Counted from the stretch's first letter, positions 15,943 through 25,376 are shown. The stretch is 41,481 nt of DNA from an uncultured Candidatus Saccharibacteria bacterium (GCA_964625325.1 CAZVBA010000001.1:1-41481); one strand, 5' to 3'. Made by a program: numbers and translations. Notes: generated by a model not told the origin, from the letters alone.

Positions 15943-17811
15943 ATGGCGGACCGTAAATTATCCAATGGCGGCAAAAGGCCCTGGCTGGTAGTCCTGAGCT
16001 TGGTGTTCGGTCTGATGAGCATAGCGCCGCTAGCCCATGCGCTGTCGGGCAGTGACTTCAACGCCGGGCGCATTATGGATGACACCGTTTTTACGGCCGC
16101 CAACTCCTTAAACGCCACCGAAATCCAGAATTTTCTTAACAGCAAGGTGCCGGTCTGTGATACCTATGGCACGCAACCGATCAACAGCGGTAGCAGCCAA
16201 ACCCGGGCCCAGTGGGCCGCCGCCAACGGCAAACCCCTACCGCCCTATATTTGCCTTAAAGACTACTCCGAAAACATCTCTGCCAAATCGGCCGATGCCT
16301 ATTGCGGTGGTGGTATTGGTAGCGGCCAAAAGACAGCGGCCCAAATTATTAATGATGTCAGTAAGGCCTGCAACATCAGTCCTAAAGTCTTAATAGTCTT
16401 GCTCCAAAAGGAACAAAGCTTGGTAACCGACGACTGGCCGTGGCCCGTCCAGTACCGCTCGGCGACCGGCTATGGTTGCCCGGACACAGCCGCCTGTGAT
16501 TCGACTTACTACGGCTTCTTCAACCAGGTATATAATGCCGCTCGTGTGTTCCAATACTACGCCAAAAACCAATACGGTTACCGACCCAGTCGCAATAATT
16601 CAATTTGGTACAGCCCCGACCACAACTGCGGCGCCAGTGATGTATTCATTCAAAATCAGGCGACTGCCGGTTTGTACAACTACACGCCCTACCAGCCCAA
16701 TGCCGCCGCGCTTAATAACTTATACGGTTCAGGCGACAGTTGCAGCGCCTATGGCAACCGTAATTTCTGGCGACTATACAATGACTGGTTCGGTTCGACT
16801 TTGGCCAATGAAGCCAATTACGTTAGACATATCAAAAAAATGACCTTTGGCAGCCGGCAGCAGCTCTATACCTCAACCGATACTCAGTTATATGTAAATG
16901 CTTGGGGGGACGGCCTTAACGGTGTGCAACGTTCCCTAGTGGCCAAAGCGCCGTTTGGCGAGAGAATTGTCGACTTCGATGTCATCAACGAACCAAACAC
17001 CAATTTGCAGAGCGTCTACCTCGCCACCATAGCCGGCATTTACAAAACCCAGTGGAACGGCACTAGTTATAGTACTTTAACCAAAATCATCACCCAAGCT
17101 AACGTGCTACACGTCGTGGCTAACTACAAAGTGGAGAGCGCTCCAACTTACCGTCTCTACGTCCTGGCTGACGATGGCCCTTATGAATACTGGTGGCGAG
17201 ATGGCACCAGTATTAGCAATGGCTTTCGCTTTTGGAACATTGACCACGGTGTGGCTATCGTCAAGAGCACTGATCCGAGTGGCGCCGACGAACTCTATGT
17301 CGCCACTGGCGGCGCGGTGCTAAGCATGCGTTGGCCGGTGAGTGGTGGTACTGACAATATTGAACGCAAGCTGGTTACGCAGATTCCTAATACCATTGCT
17401 ATCCAAAAACAAACGCTGAGCGACAGCACAGAGCTGCTCTACACTGCCAATAAGAATGGCGTCTATGAAACCTGGTGGAAACCCGGCACCAGCTACAGCA
17501 ACCCTGCTAAAATTGTCAGTGCGCCCAGCGGCCAGACCGTCGTCGCTATCAAGAAGACCATGATCAATGGCTATCAGCAACTCTACGTCGCCGATAGTGG
17601 ACAGGTTATGGAGTACTGGTGGGCGCCGGGTAGCTCTATCCACGGCGGCCAGTTGATAAGAATTACCCAAAACAGCATTTCTGATATCGATAAGACGAGT
17701 ACCGGCAGCATTCAGAATCTCTACACCGCCTATCAGTCATTCGTCTTTGAAACCTGGTGGGGCGACGGCCAGTTGCACAACGGCCCGGCCATCGTCAATC
17801 TTAATAACTAA
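15943..17811 (+). CDS. Secreted two-domain protein: Cys-containing N-terminal domain plus 7-bladed Trp-repeat beta-propeller-like (lectin-like) C-terminal domain
   Basis: 622 aa with a signal peptide ending IAPLAHA. Residues ~35-290 contain IVLLQKEQSLVTD and GYGCPDTAACDSTYYGFFNQVY. Residues ~296-622 contain seven repeats of 46-50 aa, each with LY-x(3-8)-G-x(2-3)-E/K-x-W(W). Repeat cores are YVNAW, YKTQW, YEYWW, LSMRW, YETWW, MEYWW and FETWW. Confidence 0.75.
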   Translation: MADRKLSNGGKRPWLVVLSLVFGLMSIAPLAHALSGSDFNAGRIMDDTVFTAANSLNATEIQNFLNSKVPVCDTYGTQPINSGSSQTRAQWAAANGKPLPPYICLKDYSENISAKSADAYCGGGIGSGQKTAAQIINDVSKACNISPKVLIVLLQKEQSLVTDDWPWPVQYRSATGYGCPDTAACDSTYYGFFNQVYNAARVFQYYAKNQYGYRPSRNNSIWYSPDHNCGASDVFIQNQATAGLYNYTPYQPNAAALNNLYGSGDSCSAYGNRNFWRLYNDWFGSTLANEANYVRHIKKMTFGSRQQLYTSTDTQLYVNAWGDGLNGVQRSLVAKAPFGERIVDFDVINEPNTNLQSVYLATIAGIYKTQWNGTSYSTLTKIITQANVLHVVANYKVESAPTYRLYVLADDGPYEYWWRDGTSISNGFRFWNIDHGVAIVKSTDPSGADELYVATGGAVLSMRWPVSGGTDNIERKLVTQIPNTIAIQKQTLSDSTELLYTANKNGVYETWWKPGTSYSNPAKIVSAPSGQTVVAIKKTMINGYQQLYVADSGQVMEYWWAPGSSIHGGQLIRITQNSISDIDKTSTGSIQNLYTAYQSFVFETWWGDGQLHNGPAIVNLNN

Positions 17812-19748
17812 TCCGTAACTAGCTGGACTGAATCGCCAAACAAGGCCCTCAGCTTGGGCACTGACGTCTGATCGGTCACCAGATAATAGGTTCGACCGGC
17901 TTGGTGGGCGTGTACAGCGCAATCTTTGACGCCAGCGATGATTTCCTGGCTTTGGGCCGGCCCGGGGGAACCATAGGCCAAAGCGTTATATTGCCGACTG
18001 AAACAAACACCATATTCGTTGGTTACTTTATTGCCCATCGAATTAGCCCATTGGCCGATTTGGGCGTGGGCGTAGAAATGGTCGGTAGCCGGGTCATAGT
18101 GCAGCACGCTGAGATTATAGTGGATTAATTTACCTTCAGTACCCAACTTGGCGACAAGATAGGTATCACTATCCAATAACGGCGGTTTCGGCTCGCTCGA
18201 ATAATCTCTGAATAGGGCGCGTATTTCGTGCAACGGCTGCGGCAGCATAGCCGAGGTACCAAAAACGACGAACAAGACCAGTATCGGCGCAACCAGCAGA
18301 CGCAACAGGCCGCCGATTTTCATTTGGCTCAGCAGCATCACTAGGTAGACAACAGCCACAGCCAGCAGCATCATTTCCAGCAGCATGGTCGTCTTAATAA
18401 GATAGTAGTGGGCACTGCCAGTCGTAAAGTACTGCAATGCCAACAAAAAGAGGACGACGACTTGGTAAGGCAATACTACGGCCAGCAGCCGGTTTTTAGC
18501 GGCCGTCGTCAAACGGTTGGAGGCCAGCACGATTACGAAAACTACTGTTAAGATAAGCACCAACGGCTGATTAAATGTCTGAATGGCACCGCCAGCGTTC
18601 AAGCTGTGTTTGGTGTCATAGTGAACTTGAAAATAAAAAGCTAATAAGTGAGCGCTAACGGCCAGCCCGACAATAATATTCCACCAATTACGCAAGACGG
18701 GGCCGAGCCGGAAGCTCCGCCATCCATTGGCTACTAAAATCAACGGTGTCAGTAGGATAGCCGGCGTAAAAATCGGCCAACTGTAAGAGGCGCCAGCGGT
18801 AATCAGCAGGTAGCCAACTACCGGCCAGGCGTCAATGGCCCGGCGCGAAGCCAGACTGTCGCGCATTTTTGGCGCGGCAATGTCCAAGACATACAACGCC
18901 CCGGCCAATATGGCCGCACAAATATAGTAATAATTATAAAAGCCCTCGTTCATGAAGACCAGCAGGTACAGCGCCGCAACAACACCAATGCTGCCAGCCG
19001 CACTTATCACGCTGACACTATCAACCAATGGCGGATTAACCAGTGCCAGCAGTCCGTAGCCCAAGTAGACCAGCACGAAGCCAAGCAGCATCGACATGAA
19101 CATGTAATGCACAAGGTAACTTATGGCGTTGGCTTTCCAGCTCAAGGTCCGGGGACCGCCATATAGACTGTCTTCCATGAAGCCGCTGCCGACGTGAAAG
19201 CCGCGTGGATAATAATGGGCGTGGTAATAGTCCAGGTTCTGGGTCTTGGTCTCAGCCGCCAAATCATCATAATGCACCGTGGCATCAACAATTTGCACGC
19301 TGCCGATCTTGGCAATCTGTTGAAAGCTGTTGTGTCCAAGTAAGATGGGCGCAAACGGCAACATAAATATACCGGCGGCCAACAGCGCCACAATATCCTT
19401 GGCGCTTACCAGACGTACCCGGCGAGCCGACGCACCAAATAAGACAATCAGGACCAATGTCAGGACAACGACTATGATGGCAATCAGATGAAAGCCGCCA
19501 TGGCGATTAATCAGCAGCTGTAGAGCGGCCGCAATGGCTAACGTTGACCATAGCATTAATAGAGCCATTACCAGACGGCTAAACCAACTGTTGATAATAC
19601 TTGGCATCGGCAATAGCCAGGCCATGGTTAGCAGCAGCGTGGGCACCAATAAAAGTTTGAAGCCCAGCAGGTAGCAAAGCAGGCCTAGACCAATCAGCGC
19701 AACGCCGATTAGTTTAGAATTCTTAAGTTGTTTGGCTAGCCAGCTCAT
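17808..19748 (-). CDS. Large polytopic membrane protein with soluble C-terminal domain (putative GT-C-type transferase, unverified)
   Basis: 646 aa with ~14 hydrophobic segments and a ~130-aa hydrophilic C-terminus. It is the last gene of the GT2/602-aa/646-aa minus-strand operon. Its 3' end overlaps the convergent gene by 4 nt. Confidence 0.5.
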   Translation of the reverse strand: MSWLAKQLKNSKLIGVALIGLGLLCYLLGFKLLLVPTLLLTMAWLLPMPSIINSWFSRLVMALLMLWSTLAIAAALQLLINRHGGFHLIAIIVVVLTLVLIVLFGASARRVRLVSAKDIVALLAAGIFMLPFAPILLGHNSFQQIAKIGSVQIVDATVHYDDLAAETKTQNLDYYHAHYYPRGFHVGSGFMEDSLYGGPRTLSWKANAISYLVHYMFMSMLLGFVLVYLGYGLLALVNPPLVDSVSVISAAGSIGVVAALYLLVFMNEGFYNYYYICAAILAGALYVLDIAAPKMRDSLASRRAIDAWPVVGYLLITAGASYSWPIFTPAILLTPLILVANGWRSFRLGPVLRNWWNIIVGLAVSAHLLAFYFQVHYDTKHSLNAGGAIQTFNQPLVLILTVVFVIVLASNRLTTAAKNRLLAVVLPYQVVVLFLLALQYFTTGSAHYYLIKTTMLLEMMLLAVAVVYLVMLLSQMKIGGLLRLLVAPILVLFVVFGTSAMLPQPLHEIRALFRDYSSEPKPPLLDSDTYLVAKLGTEGKLIHYNLSVLHYDPATDHFYAHAQIGQWANSMGNKVTNEYGVCFSRQYNALAYGSPGPAQSQEIIAGVKDCAVHAHQAGRTYYLVTDQTSVPKLRALFGDSVQLVTD

Positions 19749-19760
19749 CAGTTAGGCCTA

Positions 19761-21569
19761 TTATAACTTAAACAGCGAGTAACGGTTGTCCTCGTAGACC
19801 TTTTGATGCAATACTTCTCTAACCTTATCAATCAGCTGTGGGTCGTGGCTGCCAAGCTGTTTGTCGACCAAGACGTAGCGCAGCCCAAGAGCCTGCATCT
19901 TAGGTACGTCACTGGCGTCAAATTTCATGAAATCGTAAAGCTGGTTGAAATACTCCGGCGGTGTATAGCCGCTGTAGCCGTTGAAGATATTTTTGTTGTG
20001 ATAACCGGCCCACAGCACCTGCTCAGCCCGCGCTACCGGAATCGGCGCGTGGGCATAGTCCTCGTCGGCCGAGATGATGACGATGTCGTCGACTTCTTTG
20101 TGGGCGCCAATATACTGGTAGACCTTGGGAACACTGAGGTTGTAGGCATAGGCATTCTTGGTGGTCGGCACGAAGTGGACGGGCATCAGCTCAAACACAA
20201 TTAGTAGGCTGATGAAGCCATATAGCGGTTTTCTGTAACGGCGCAGGCGTTTGAGTTGTTCAACATACAACGGCAGCAAGGCCAGTAAGCAGCACAACGT
20301 GAACAAGAACAAGACGCTCCAGCGGCCGACGGCTCGGATAAATTCCAATTGCGGCACCAGTTTATCGATAATGAGATAAGGCATGGGCAGGACCGGTTTA
20401 TAGCCGGCGGCACCGCCGTAGGCGTAATTGCCTTTGATTTTCAACAGCGGCCCAAACGACAGAATCAAGCCGACCAGCGCCATACCGACCAGCCCGACGA
20501 TGAGGGCATAGTCGCGCTTGAAGGCGGCCCGTTTGCGATAACGGTAGGCCAACCAGATAACAACAGCCGCCAGTATATACAAGGTCACCCCGTGGTAAGA
20601 ATCACTGTCTAAGTTGTAGGCATTCTTAACAACCCGCTGGCCGGTGTGGTAATACAGTTTGCCAAGCAAGGTACCACTCTGCGGCAAGAAATAGTCCACC
20701 ACGCTCGACGAATAAAGCGTCTGGTCTTTGATACTAAACGTAGCGTGGTTAGCTTTGGAGAAATTGACAAACGCCTTGGCCAGAGGATAGGTACTAAGCG
20801 CGGCGGCGGCGATAACCGCCCCCACCAGCAACAGTTGGCGCCATTTGACGGCTCGGCCCAGCCAGAGGCCGCCGAGCAACAGGCCAAGCGCCGTCAACAC
20901 GAAGACCATCTGGTACCACGAGGCATAGAACTGCAGCACCAGCACAATGAACAGGCCATACAAATATCTACGTCGGAGCGTGTCGGTGTAACGTAGTGTT
21001 AGCAGGACTGCCAGCGGTAAGTAAAAAATGCTCAGGTTTTGCAGGTGCCAGATGGCCGCCATGCGAAACGGCGCCAGCTCAAACACCAGGCCGGCTAGGA
21101 TGGCCATGAGCTCATGGCCATGACTCAAGTACTTGCCGAGCAGGTACATAAACCAGCCTATCAGGAAGAAGCTAAAGATAGTGAAGACGTTGTAGGCGAA
21201 CAGCGGATTTTGATTGATAAAGTGCAGCGGCAGTGTCACGACACCGGCGGACAGCTGGGTCTCGGAGTACAGCATGGTATCTTTGTGCGGGAAATAGATG
21301 TTGCCGTCTGAATAGCTGGGGCAACCTTGCCGCAAAATACAGTGGTGGTTGCGCGCCAGCGTCCAGGCGTTGAACATGGCATCGCCGCCTTCGCTGTAAG
21401 AACCGATATGGATAACCAGCGGCCAGAAGAAAATTAGGGTGGCCGCCAGAATTACTAGCGTGCCCTTCCAGTTAACCTTGAAAAAATTCAGGGTGGCGCG
21501 GCTGGCTCGTCGCGCCAGCGCCAGAGCTGGCTGGCTCAACTTGGTTAGACTGGCTTTTGGTTGCACCAT
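19761..21569 (-). CDS. Large polytopic membrane protein with soluble C-terminal domain (putative GT-C-type transferase, unverified)
   Basis: 602 aa with an early loop motif GSYSEGGDAMFNAWTLARN after TM1, many TM segments, and a C-terminal ~150-aa hydrophilic domain. Its start lies 2 nt after the GT2 stop. Confidence 0.5.
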   Translation of the reverse strand: MVQPKASLTKLSQPALALARRASRATLNFFKVNWKGTLVILAATLIFFWPLVIHIGSYSEGGDAMFNAWTLARNHHCILRQGCPSYSDGNIYFPHKDTMLYSETQLSAGVVTLPLHFINQNPLFAYNVFTIFSFFLIGWFMYLLGKYLSHGHELMAILAGLVFELAPFRMAAIWHLQNLSIFYLPLAVLLTLRYTDTLRRRYLYGLFIVLVLQFYASWYQMVFVLTALGLLLGGLWLGRAVKWRQLLLVGAVIAAAALSTYPLAKAFVNFSKANHATFSIKDQTLYSSSVVDYFLPQSGTLLGKLYYHTGQRVVKNAYNLDSDSYHGVTLYILAAVVIWLAYRYRKRAAFKRDYALIVGLVGMALVGLILSFGPLLKIKGNYAYGGAAGYKPVLPMPYLIIDKLVPQLEFIRAVGRWSVLFLFTLCCLLALLPLYVEQLKRLRRYRKPLYGFISLLIVFELMPVHFVPTTKNAYAYNLSVPKVYQYIGAHKEVDDIVIISADEDYAHAPIPVARAEQVLWAGYHNKNIFNGYSGYTPPEYFNQLYDFMKFDASDVPKMQALGLRYVLVDKQLGSHDPQLIDKVREVLHQKVYEDNRYSLFKL

Positions 21570-21571
21570 AC

Positions 21572-22291
21572 TTAGTGCACAAACAGGTTAAAACGAATAA
21601 TTTCCCAGATGGCCTTGAGCCCATCACGAAAGGCGATTTTTTTGCCCTCTTCCTTACTGCGGCCGTAGTAGCTGATACCGATTTCGTAAACCGCCACTTT
21701 GCTTTTGGCAATCCGGGCGGTAATCTCCGGCTCAAAACCGAAACGGTGCGATTTCAGATCTTTCGCCAGGCGCCGCGCCAGTTCGCCTTTCATCATCTTG
21801 TAGCAGGTCTCCATGTCAGTCAGATTCAATCCGGTAAAAACGTTTGATAAAAACGTTAGAAATTTATTGGCAATTTGATTGCGGAAATAGATGATGCGGT
21901 GTGGTTCGCCGCCGATAAAGCGTGAGCCATAGACCACGTCAGCGTGGCCACGCTCAATTGGGTAAAGCAGGCGTTTGTATTCCTCAGGGTCATACTCTAA
22001 ATCCGCGTCTTGAATAATGACGACGTCGCCGCTAGTTTCTAGGATGCCGCGTTTTAGAGCTGCGCCCTTCCCTTGGTTGTGGTCCTGCAGCAAGAGCTTG
22101 ATGTCGGGGTGTTGCTTGGCCAATCGACTAAGTATCGCTCGGGTGCCGTCCGATGAAAAGTCGTCAACAATCACGATTTCTTTCTGGGTCGTACCCAGAT
22201 TGACGTTCCATACTTCGGCGAGGATTTTCTCGATGGTATGCTCTTCGTTATAGCATGGAATGACAATAGACAGCAGCTTGGCTTTTGGCAT
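21572..22291 (-). CDS. GT2 glycosyltransferase, soluble DPM1/Ppm1-like (polyprenol-phosphate sugar synthase type)
   Basis: 239 aa with [18 protein letters not shown] and [19 protein letters not shown] lies 4 nt upstream of the ATG. Confidence 0.8.
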   Translation of the reverse strand: MPKAKLLSIVIPCYNEEHTIEKILAEVWNVNLGTTQKEIVIVDDFSSDGTRAILSRLAKQHPDIKLLLQDHNQGKGAALKRGILETSGDVVIIQDADLEYDPEEYKRLLYPIERGHADVVYGSRFIGGEPHRIIYFRNQIANKFLTFLSNVFTGLNLTDMETCYKMMKGELARRLAKDLKSHRFGFEPEITARIAKSKVAVYEIGISYYGRSKEEGKKIAFRDGLKAIWEIIRFNLFVH

Positions 22292-22320
22292 GAATCTCCC
22301 TCAAAACGTGTGTCAGAAGT

Positions 22321-22330
22321 ATGCTAACAT
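22321..22330. promoter_or_regulatory. Bidirectional overlapping extended -10 element shared by the divergent GT2 and gtrA operons
   Basis: The near-palindrome ATGCTAACAT reads TGCTAACAT on the plus strand, then 9 nt, then the ATG at 22340. The minus strand reads TGTTAGCAT, followed by a 29-nt leader with SD and the ATG at 22291. The whole spacer is only 48 bp. Confidence 0.4.
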
Positions 22331-22339
22331 ATCTGGTAC

Positions 22340-22789
22340 ATGCTTGCATACACCAGGCGCCGGGTGGAGAGGTTAATCAAAATCGAGTTCGTCCGCTTCT
22401 GTATTGTCGGTGGCACCGGCTTTGTTATTAACTTTGCTATTCTGACGGCGCTGCACAAGGGACTCGGCTGGCCGGTCTTCATCGCCCAGCTCATCGGCGC
22501 TGAAATCGCTCTCTTTAGTAATTTCATGCTGCACCACACCTGGACCTACAAAGGCCACCACGTCAAGAAGTCGCTGGCCCAGTTGTTGGTGCAGTTCCAC
22601 GCTACCACCTGGCCGGCCATAGTCGGCAGCGCCCTGATGGTCAGTGCTTTTGTGAAGTGGCTGCACATGAGTAGCCTGATGGCCCTGGCAATCAGTTCGC
22701 TGATCGCGCTGTTATGGAATTTTGTCTGGTCAAAATTCGTAATTTGGCGCAATGTTACGCCGGCAGAAATTGAGGAGATAGCTAAATGA
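22340..22789 (+). CDS. GtrA-family membrane protein (putative polyprenol-phosphate-sugar flippase)
   Basis: 149 aa with 4 TMs, N-terminal VRFCIVGGTGFVINFAILT and C-terminal LWNFVWSKFVIWR, the hallmark ends of GtrA-like proteins. Confidence 0.8.
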   Translation: MLAYTRRRVERLIKIEFVRFCIVGGTGFVINFAILTALHKGLGWPVFIAQLIGAEIALFSNFMLHHTWTYKGHHVKKSLAQLLVQFHATTWPAIVGSALMVSAFVKWLHMSSLMALAISSLIALLWNFVWSKFVIWRNVTPAEIEEIAK

Positions 22790-24117
22790 GTGAGCAAGTC
22801 GCAGTTGTTGGCGCTGGCTATGTTGGCCAGGTAACCGGAGCTTGTCTGGCGTCAGTCGGGCACGAAGTTATGTTGGTCGATATCAAAAGTGAAAACGTTG
22901 AAGCCATTATGGCCGGCCGGGCCTCAATTGAGGAACCGGGCTTAAGCGAAATTATCCGAGAGGCCCGGCGTGATGATACATTGATGGCTACCACCGATTT
23001 AGCTAAAGCAGTCGGCGAAGCCAGTATCGTCCTATTGGCATTACCGACGCCGAGAGGCCAGGATGGTTCATTTAACCTTAAGGCTATTTGGGATGTAGCC
23101 GGCGAACTCGGCGAGCTCATTAAACCCGATACCATTGTCGCCACCCGGAGCACAGTCGAGCCAGGGACAACCCACGCCATCGGCCGGATTATCACTGAGC
23201 GAACTGGTGCGGCAACGCTGGCTGTTTCCAACCCAGAATTCTTAGCCGAAGGTCGGGCGGTCGAAGATACGCTCAAACCTTCACGTATCGTCATCGGTAG
23301 TGACCACGCTGAGGCCGACGAGAGAATGCGCCATCTTTATCGTGACTTTGCTTTAGATAATCCCGGCAAAATCTTGAGTATGGATCCGGTTTCGGCTGAA
23401 TTTACTAAACTGTACTGCAATGCGCGGCTGGCCAACGATATTACGCTTACTAACATTGGCGCCGAGATTTGTGAACAAATTGGGGCTGATTATCGACTCG
23501 TCCAAAAAGCCGCGACCATGGACCCGCGGATAGGTAGATTCCTCCACCCCAGTGCCGGTTTTGGCGGCGCCTGCTTTCCGAAAGACGTGCCCGCCCTGGC
23601 CGCCCTTGGCCGAAAACACGGTATCGACGTCGGCCTGCTCGACGAGATTGAAGCTACGAACGAGCACATGAAGCAGCGGGTATTTGAAAAAGTCTCGGAG
23701 CATTTTGGTGGCAGCGTCGCCGGACTCAAAATTGCTGTCTGGGGACTGACGTTTAAGGCCGAGACCGATGACGTGCGAGAATCGGCTTCCCTAACCCTGT
23801 TGGAACAATTGGCCGCGGCTGGTGCTGAAGTTGTTGCCTACGATCCAAAAGGTATGGAAAATGCCCAAGCATCGCTTGGTGACCAGCCAAACATTGCCTA
23901 TGCCACGAACAAGTATGAACCGACGGTTGGCGCTGATGCCTTGGTCGTTATGACCGAGTGGCGCGCTTTCCGCAACCCGGATTTTGACCACTTGGCGGAA
24001 ACCATGAGACAAAAGGTAATATTTGACTGGCGCAGTCTGTATGAGCCGGCCGACTTAACCGCCGCTCATTTTGACTACATTAGTGTCGGACGACAGCCAG
24101 TTAGAGCCCATGGCTAG
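22786..24117 (+). CDS. ugd: UDP-glucose 6-dehydrogenase
   Basis: 443 aa with VVGAGYVGQVTGACLA (NAD fold) and the catalytic Cys motif GFGGACFPKDV. The ATGA overlaps the gtrA stop. Confidence 0.85.
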   Translation: MSEQVAVVGAGYVGQVTGACLASVGHEVMLVDIKSENVEAIMAGRASIEEPGLSEIIREARRDDTLMATTDLAKAVGEASIVLLALPTPRGQDGSFNLKAIWDVAGELGELIKPDTIVATRSTVEPGTTHAIGRIITERTGAATLAVSNPEFLAEGRAVEDTLKPSRIVIGSDHAEADERMRHLYRDFALDNPGKILSMDPVSAEFTKLYCNARLANDITLTNIGAEICEQIGADYRLVQKAATMDPRIGRFLHPSAGFGGACFPKDVPALAALGRKHGIDVGLLDEIEATNEHMKQRVFEKVSEHFGGSVAGLKIAVWGLTFKAETDDVRESASLTLLEQLAAAGAEVVAYDPKGMENAQASLGDQPNIAYATNKYEPTVGADALVVMTEWRAFRNPDFDHLAETMRQKVIFDWRSLYEPADLTAAHFDYISVGRQPVRAHG

Positions 24118-25003
24118 GCGCCTAATTTTAGTAACCGGCGGGGCGGGCCATGTTGGCTCGCACATTATTGAGCAGCTAGTAGCAAACACGACGAACCGGG
24201 TAATTTCGCTTGATAATTACTTCACGGGTAAGGTCAAGAACCACATCAAGGGCGCCGAATATCGCAAGGGCCATACTAAGGACATTGCTAAGCTGGTACC
24301 GGAAAAACCGGACATCGTCTACCACCTGGGTGAGTATGCTCGCATTGCGCCATCACTGATAGAACCGGATGTTGTCTACGACCTCAACATCGTTGGTACA
24401 TTTGCGGTGGCTGAATTCTGCAGACAACGCGGTGTCGGCAAGCTCGTATATGCCGGATCGAGCACTAAGTTCGCCATCGAGGGTGACGGCCGTAACCAAA
24501 ATCCGTACTCCTTCACCAAGGCTGTTAACGTTGACCTCATCAATGACTATGGTCGCTGGTACGGCCTACCGCACGCCATTTGCTACTTCTACAATGCCTT
24601 TGGGCCGCGCGAAAGCGGCACCGGTAAGTACTTCACGCTGATTGCTAAGTTTGAACAAGATTATCTGCATGGTCGACCATTGCCGGTTGACCCGCCAGGC
24701 ACCCAGAAGCGCAATTTTACTTACGTTGGCGACATCGCGCGGGGCATGATTTTAGTCGGCGAAAAAGGACAAGGTGATGGCTACTCACTCAATAATGTAA
24801 AGCAGTTCTCGGTACTCGATATCGCCAAAGCATTTGGCGGTAAAGTAGTTTTTACAGAGCGTTACTCAGGTCGCTCTGAATCTGGTGACATCCCGGGAAA
24901 GGCCCGCAGTGAGCTGGGCTGGGAGACCAGCCTGGATATCTTAGACTACATCAAAAAGTTTAAGGCCGACCATCCTCGACCGACGGCTGGTGCCGGAAAA
25001 TAA
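24110..25003 (+). CDS. Extended SDR NAD-dependent epimerase/dehydratase, UDP-glucuronate decarboxylase (UXS)-like
   Basis: LVTGGAGHVGSH, LDNYFTG (reminiscent of the UXS DN(F/Y)FTG motif) and catalytic YSFTK. I chose the in-frame ATG at 24110 (MARRLILVTGG), which overlaps the ugd stop by 8 nt, over the track's TTG at 24071. Confidence 0.65.
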   Translation: MARRLILVTGGAGHVGSHIIEQLVANTTNRVISLDNYFTGKVKNHIKGAEYRKGHTKDIAKLVPEKPDIVYHLGEYARIAPSLIEPDVVYDLNIVGTFAVAEFCRQRGVGKLVYAGSSTKFAIEGDGRNQNPYSFTKAVNVDLINDYGRWYGLPHAICYFYNAFGPRESGTGKYFTLIAKFEQDYLHGRPLPVDPPGTQKRNFTYVGDIARGMILVGEKGQGDGYSLNNVKQFSVLDIAKAFGGKVVFTERYSGRSESGDIPGKARSELGWETSLDILDYIKKFKADHPRPTAGAGK

Positions 25004-25376
25004 AACGCTTAAATAAAACGAAATTCCACAGTGAAGTTATGCCCATGGCCAGTAGCTTACTGGCGCCCGGCCATAGCCCCAGGCGCGTTAGGGCGCCGAC
25101 TATGCCCAGCGTCGCCAGCAAGTTTAGACCAGCCAGGATAAAGTAGTAGCCAAACTGATGGTGCATTCCTTTCTTATAAACGCCGTGGCTGAACGTCCAC
25201 AGCCGGTTGAGGCCGAAGCTGGTCAGTAGCCCCAGGATAAAGCTGGCGGCATTGGCTACCAGCAGGCGCCAGCCGGCGGCATAGTAGAGCAGTTCGAAGC
25301 TGCCCAGCTCGACTACGAACGCCGTGCCGCCAACGATGAGGTATTTGACGAATGGTCGGGAGAGTCGCAGTCGCAT
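24960..25376 (-). CDS. GtrA-family membrane protein (putative polyprenol-phosphate-sugar flippase)
   Basis: 138 aa with VKYLIVGGTAFVVELGSF and LWNFVLFKRFIFR. The start shares one base with the upstream stop (TAATG). The 3' end overlaps the convergent SDR gene by 44 nt. Confidence 0.8.
   Translation of the reverse strand: MRLRLSRPFVKYLIVGGTAFVVELGSFELLYYAAGWRLLVANAASFILGLLTSFGLNRLWTFSHGVYKKGMHHQFGYYFILAGLNLLATLGIVGALTRLGLWPGASKLLAMGITSLWNFVLFKRFIFRHQPSVEDGRP

Noticed and set aside
15943-17811. Idea that the lectin-like protein (or the 668-aa fibre) is a diversity-generating retroelement target
   Set aside because: There is no reverse transcriptase gene and no template/variable repeat pair (I saw no near-duplicate ~100-nt segment with adenine-specific differences) anywhere in the window.
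24071-24109. TTG start at 24071 for the SDR gene, and similarly TTG 37980 for dnaA and TTG 12586 for the methyltransferase
   Set aside because: In-frame ATGs slightly downstream (24110, 37998, 12619) fit better. They give MARRLILVTGG directly at the Rossmann fold, a purine-rich SD before 37998, and an extended -10 8 nt before 12619. The longer versions remain possible.
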